A stretch of DNA of 20,000 nucleotides from an uncultured virus (IMG/VR IMGVR_UViG_3300027808_002699) (taxonomy: Duplodnaviria; Heunggongvirae; Uroviricota; Caudoviricetes), in the IMG/VR virus record IMGVR_UViG_3300027808_002699, one strand, 5' to 3'. The translations under genes were made by a program, and so were the position numbers. This document shows positions 16,633 to 20,000 of the stretch, in pieces (the first letter of the stretch is position 1; each line of letters starts with the position of its first letter). Below the pieces are notes generated by a model, which was not told the DNA's origin, made no database searches, and saw only the letters and a list, made by a program, of their open reading frames with translations.

Positions 16633-16822
16633 ATTTTCTCTTTCTCTTTGTTTTGGAATGTCTGCGCCCCGCCCTCTATGTAGCCTCCATCTTTCAACTT
16701 CAACAACTACTAGGTGACTAGGCAGTGGGCGCACTTTAGGTTCTTTGTCCTATAATCAAGTGTACACGCTCTGCAACAATATAGGACACAATTCCTCAAA
16801 CTATTTTTAATTTCTTTTTGAG

Positions 16823-16851
16823 TTGCATCCGACCCTAGTCCGTGCTATAAT
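16823..16851 (+). promoter_or_regulatory. Rightward consensus sigma70 promoter
   Basis: TTGCAT-17-TATAAT with TG extension; the only one of this family I saw on the plus strand. Confidence 0.75.
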
Positions 16852-16857
16852 GTAATC

Positions 16858-16946
16858 AAGGGTGGGGACTGCCTTCGGTTCCTCATCCCTAGGGGGTCGG
16901 TGGCTCCTTCGGTCACTCCCGCCGCCCTCTTGCCTCTTTCTGTTTT
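16858..16946 (+). ncRNA. Candidate two-hairpin small RNA
   Basis: Begins right after the promoter; stems 16859-16890 and 16891-16930, both with CCTTCGGT at the apex; U-rich tail; no SD/ATG. Confidence 0.55.
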
Positions 16947-16972
16947 ACGCGGCTCCCGCTCTTGCTGTTATC

Positions 16973-17152
16973 TCAGCAGAGTTCACACTCGAACTCTGCT
17001 GATTTTCCTGCCTCTTCGAAGTGGTAACGCTCGCTCGTGGTTCCTTCTGCGATGTGTGCATCACACAGGCATGAATAGTTGCTTGGCTCCCCAGGCTCGT
17101 CGGACATTTTATAGATTGCAATGATTGTGTTCATTATTTGTTCCTTTCTCAT
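16973..17152 (-). CDS. Cys-containing micro-protein (alternative start 17134)
   Basis: MRKEQIMNTII...CLCDAH...CELC; promoter TTGCCC-19-TATACT at 17159-17189. Confidence 0.72.
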   Translation of the reverse strand: MRKEQIMNTIIAIYKMSDEPGEPSNYSCLCDAHIAEGTTSERYHFEEAGKSAEFECELC

Positions 17153-17284
17153 AATAATAGTATAGCATGCCCTTGCACGAAGCGGGCAACATTTCTTCCA
17201 CATTCGTAAGTTTTTTTTAGCAACTTACCTGCGGTGGGTTGGGGTGTCTTTGCCTGTCAGCCAGTTTCACCCCAGTTCCGCGTC

Positions 17285-17380
17285 CTAGTCCTCGTGCCGT
17301 TCGTGGGCTTCATCGGCCAGCCATTCGGCTAGTTGTGCGAGTTCTTCCTCGGTGGCGTTTTCCAATGTCTCTGGGTTCAT
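17285..17380 (-). CDS. 31-aa acidic helical peptide
   Basis: Not in track: MNPETLENATEEELAQLAEWLADEAHERHED; SD GAGAAAGGA; promoter TTGCAA-17-TATAAT at 17411-17439. Confidence 0.72.
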   Translation of the reverse strand: MNPETLENATEEELAQLAEWLADEAHERHED

Positions 17381-17442
17381 GTTGTTTTCCTTTCTCAACC
17401 TGATAAGTATATTATAGCATGCCCTTGCGGGCTTTGCAACTC

Positions 17443-17631
17443 TTATTGAAGATTTGTTTTTGCGGAGATTTCCGCGACCAGTGAGGCGAGAACAGCCCAG
17501 CCGAAAAGCATCCCTACGGAAGCAATTGGGTTGATGTCCCGCGATGCCATGAGCGCAATGACTCCTACGAGTACTCCCACGGTGGCAAGACTCCCTGCCA
17601 CAATTCCCGCGATGATTAGAATATTTTTCAT
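17443..17631 (-). CDS. Two-TM membrane micro-protein
   Basis: Two hydrophobic segments; purine-rich leader; directly downstream of the 17648 gene. Confidence 0.75.
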   Translation of the reverse strand: MKNILIIAGIVAGSLATVGVLVGVIALMASRDINPIASVGMLFGWAVLASLVAEISAKTNLQ

Positions 17632-17647
17632 TTTTTTCTTTCTTTCC

Positions 17648-17821
17648 TTAGCGCCGATTTGGCGCTAGTTGTTCCGCCAGCATTTGCTGAAAGAGTGTTT
17701 GACCGCTTGCGAAGTTTCCGCATTGGCACTCGGTCAAGACGCTCGGCATATTGTCGGGGACTTCGGTTGCCCAGTTGCGGAGGCAGTCATCGCAATGGAA
17801 GTGGAGGAGTGTTGTTGTCAT
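17648..17821 (-). CDS. Zn-ribbon micro-protein (57 aa)
   Basis: MTTTLLHFHCDDC...ECQCG; SD GAGAAAGGA; promoter TTGCAC-19-TACACT at 17851-17881. Confidence 0.75.
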   Translation of the reverse strand: MTTTLLHFHCDDCLRNWATEVPDNMPSVLTECQCGNFASGQTLFQQMLAEQLAPNRR

Positions 17822-18004
17822 GTTGTTTCCTTTCTCAACTTGATAATAACAGTGTATCACATACTCGCACAGACCGTGCAACTTTTCAGACATTTCCCAA
17901 CAATTTTTTGGGAGCGCCCTGAGCCGTTTAGTGGGGTTTGGCATCACGATGCCCTAGTTGGCAAGTTCCGCCCGCGTCGCTTAAAACGCCGTGTGGAGCC
18001 TCTC

Positions 18005-18040
18005 AGCCCGTTCCGCAGTGTCTCGTCCGCGGAACGGGCT
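18005..18040 (-). terminator. Hairpin terminator candidate
   Basis: AGCCCGTTCCGC-N12-GCGGAACGGGCT downstream of the 18067 stop. Confidence 0.6.
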
Positions 18041-18066
18041 TTGAGTGGTCTTACCTCTCCTTTGGC

Positions 18067-18381
18067 TTATCCGTAGACAAGTTCTCCAAAGAAGCCATAC
18101 TGCCAAATGTTGTCATGGTCAAGGTGGTCTGTTTCGCATTCTGCGAGGTTTGACCAGTCGCCACCATTTTGGAGCCACAATTTAATTCCTCTAACAAGCG
18201 TTTCCGTGTTGAAGGTGAGTTTATCTTTTTCGTGCATGACTGTGATATCTCCGTTTTCGTCTGAGCCGACGGCATCAACTTCTACCCAGTAGCGGGTGCC
18301 GTTTTCTTCTTTGACATATTCGATGATTTCGTCAGTGAGCATTACCGTGTAGGTAATTTCAATTGCTGTTGCTGTTTTCAT
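18067..18381 (-). CDS. Conserved-looking acidic phage protein (104 aa)
   Basis: YW...RGI...D..D.I.Q...FGELVYG pattern; -10 TACACT at 18419-18424. Confidence 0.8.
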   Translation of the reverse strand: MKTATAIEITYTVMLTDEIIEYVKEENGTRYWVEVDAVGSDENGDITVMHEKDKLTFNTETLVRGIKLWLQNGGDWSNLAECETDHLDHDNIWQYGFFGELVYG

Positions 18382-18609
18382 TTTTTTCTTTCTACTTGGG
18401 CTTTCCCTTGTGTAATTAAGTGTACAGGATGAATATGCAATAATGACAGATTTAAGGGAGATATTTTAGATTTCTTTTTAGGGTGCGCGCTTTGCCCTAG
18501 TTGGCAAGTCTTTTGCGCATCGCTTAGAACGCGCCCTGGAGCGTCTCGCGGTTATTGGGCGAGCGGAGGAGCCGTGCAGGTGTCCACTCCCACACGGCTC
18601 CCGCCCTCG

Positions 18610-18783
18610 TTATTCTGCGATTATTTCGTTTTCGCAATTCGGGCATTGCGCGGTCTTGAACCATCCCTGAACGAAGCGAGTCTCTTGGTACTCCAGCGTC
18701 CCAGCGAATCCGCAGGTCCAGCCCATAGTTTCGTCTTGCATCTCGCAAACGAATTCTTCTGTTTGGATATCTGTGTTTTGCAT
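18610..18783 (-). CDS. Zn-ribbon micro-protein (57 aa)
   Basis: Not in track: MQNTDIQTEEFVCEMQDETMGWTCGFAGTLEYQETRFVQGWFKTAQCPNCENEIIAE; SD GAGAAAGGG; promoter TTGCAA-17-TATACT at 18813-18841. Confidence 0.75.
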   Translation of the reverse strand: MQNTDIQTEEFVCEMQDETMGWTCGFAGTLEYQETRFVQGWFKTAQCPNCENEIIAE

Positions 18784-18933
18784 TTTGTCCCTTTCTCGAA
18801 CTCAATAATAATAGTATAGCACACCCTCTCACGCTTTGCAACTATTTGAGAAGGTTTTTTTTAGCAACTGTCCCTTGCGGCTCCCGCCCTCGCGGTTCGG
18901 GGGTGGTTGTGGGGCTTTCGCCCCACTCGCTCC

Positions 18934-19158
18934 CTAGGCGTTTGCTCCCTCGTAATCGCGGGCGACTGTGCGGAAAGCGTTTGCGCGCTCGGTGGCAACA
19001 CGGGCGCGGATTGCGTCAGCGTCAATTACGATTTCAGCCTTTGAGCCGATTTCGTCAGGCAACCCACCCTGGCGGTCGAAGCGAAGAAACGCGCCTGTCG
19101 CGAGGTCGCTTACTTTGATTGTGGCGGTCTTGCCATATGGATATTTTGTGATATTCAT
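18934..19158 (-). CDS. Hypothetical early protein (74 aa)
   Basis: MNITKYPYGK...; SD GAGAAAGGG; promoter TTGCAA-17-TAAGAT at 19188-19216. Confidence 0.75.
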   Translation of the reverse strand: MNITKYPYGKTATIKVSDLATGAFLRFDRQGGLPDEIGSKAEIVIDADAIRARVATERANAFRTVARDYEGANA

Positions 19159-19265
19159 CTTGTCCCTTTCTCGAACTTGATATATATATCTTACAACACT
19201 CTCCCACACTTTGCAACCTTATTTTCATATTATTTTTAGAAAGTTACTTGTAGTGTGCAACTATA

Positions 19266-19281
19266 TGTTTCACGGGAAACA
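19266..19281. promoter_or_regulatory. parS-like site
   Basis: TGTTTCACGGGAAACA, one mismatch from the chromosomal parS consensus TGTTTCACGTGAAACA. Confidence 0.7.
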
Positions 19282-19336
19282 TTCCTAATCTTGCGGTCTA
19301 GCGGTCGGTTGTGTCAGAGTTATTATGAAACTGACC

Positions 19337-19421
19337 CTCACCCTCAGTGGTTAGCGCCTACCCTCAGTGGTCGTCACTCTCGGTGGTCGCTCACTACTCT
19401 CGGTGACCGAACCCTTGTTCG
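19337..19421. promoter_or_regulatory. Four tandem BldD-like YHAC-N5-GTGR boxes followed by a LexA box
   Basis: TCAC-CCTCA-GTGG 19338, CTAC-CCTCA-GTGG 19358, TCAC-TCTCG-GTGG 19374, CTAC-TCTCG-GTGA 19394; CGAAC-CCTT-GTTCG 19408-19421. Confidence 0.55.
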
Positions 19422-19539
19422 TATCATTGCATTATGCAACTGTCTGTCTCCTGGCCCTCAAAAATGGTAAGAAGTAATAAATAATCCCAGTAAAATGATT
19501 CCATGATGCCCGTGGCCCCTGCTCTTGAGAATACGCAAT

Positions 19540-19571
19540 GCCCCGCAGGGAGAAAGAGATACCTGCGGGGC
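19540..19571 (-). terminator. Hairpin terminator candidate
   Basis: GCCCCGCAGG-N12-CCTGCGGGGC after the 19583 stop. Confidence 0.6.
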
Positions 19572-19582
19572 TTTTCAGCGAA

Positions 19583-19810
19583 TTAAATTGTGAGTGAAAG
19601 TTTCTCGTGGTGTTTGTAAGCCCACTTGCGGGCGTACGACATTGAACTGAATCCCTTGGGGTGTTCGCTCTCTGTGGCGTTTTGACCGCCGTTGCGATAA
19701 ATATCTGCTTGGATTGTCACATGCCATTTAGCGTCACTGCCCTGGGATATTGTATAAACTCCGTTAATTGCGGGTGCTTCAAGTTCGACTGTTTTCATTG
19801 TTTCTTTCAT
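19583..19810 (-). CDS. Hypothetical early protein
   Basis: 75-aa ORF; ATG 6 nt after TATAAT (19817-19822); -35 GTGGAA at 17-bp spacing. Confidence 0.75.
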   Translation of the reverse strand: MKETMKTVELEAPAINGVYTISQGSDAKWHVTIQADIYRNGGQNATESEHPKGFSSMSYARKWAYKHHEKLSLTI

Positions 19811-19834
19811 AGTTATATTATAGCACGCTAATTG

Positions 19835-20000
19835 CTATTTTCCACCATGTTTTTGTTGCAATTCTTCCCATCGTGCCTTCGTCCCAATGAACCAGTGAGG
19901 CTTCGGTTCGTAAATCCCCTGCTCCTCAATTGCGTTATACAACTCATCGTCCGAGACTGTCGGCAGAAACTCCGTGCGCGACATAATTTCTTCGGCTTGT
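19835..20000 (-). CDS. 3' part of a hypothetical protein entering from beyond the window
   Basis: Open frame ...QAEEIMSRTEFLPTVSDDELYNAIEEQGIYEPKPHWFIGTKARWEELQQKHGGK*. Confidence 0.6.
   Translation of the reverse strand, partial: QAEEIMSRTEFLPTVSDDELYNAIEEQGIYEPKPHWFIGTKARWEELQQKHGGK

Noticed and set aside
18524..18841. Track ORFs 18524-18841 and 18621-18824
   Set aside because: They start inside the promoter; the SD-led frame 18610-18783 is the credible gene.
13557..18870. CRISPR array from the dispersed repeats
   Set aside because: Repeats are short, hundreds to thousands of bases apart and separated by genes. The Cas4-like nuclease is a common stand-alone phage exonuclease.

Overview
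Part of a tailed dsDNA phage genome, read almost entirely on the minus strand. The host is probably an actinobacterium, possibly Acidimicrobiia-like, judged from the SSB style, an Rpf domain, a DUF732-like lipoprotein and actinobacterial operator motifs. Bases 1-11100 form a compact, AT-richer gene block: HK97-type portal (truncated at the window edge), SSB, DUF1599-like protein, PD-(D/E)XK exonuclease, 2OG-Fe(II) oxygenase, an Rpf+SLT double muralytic enzyme, HNH, terminase large and small subunits, a lipoprotein, a zincin protease and HTH proteins. Bases 11100-20000 are organised differently: about 20 mostly monocistronic micro-genes, most with their own sigma70-type promoter and GC-rich hairpin, separated by spacers full of repeated motifs (an early/host-takeover-like region). 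The most striking signal is a set of non-coding cassettes of tightly packed sites resembling operators of several different host regulators (DtxR/IdeR, LexA, BldD-like, parS) at 11207-11317, 13057-13263 and 19245-19503. Other notable items are a purine/pyrimidine-alternating GT-rich tract, one rightward two-hairpin sRNA candidate, and apparent absence of GATC, AGCT, CCGG and ACGT. All family calls are by-eye motif recognition; no searches were run.
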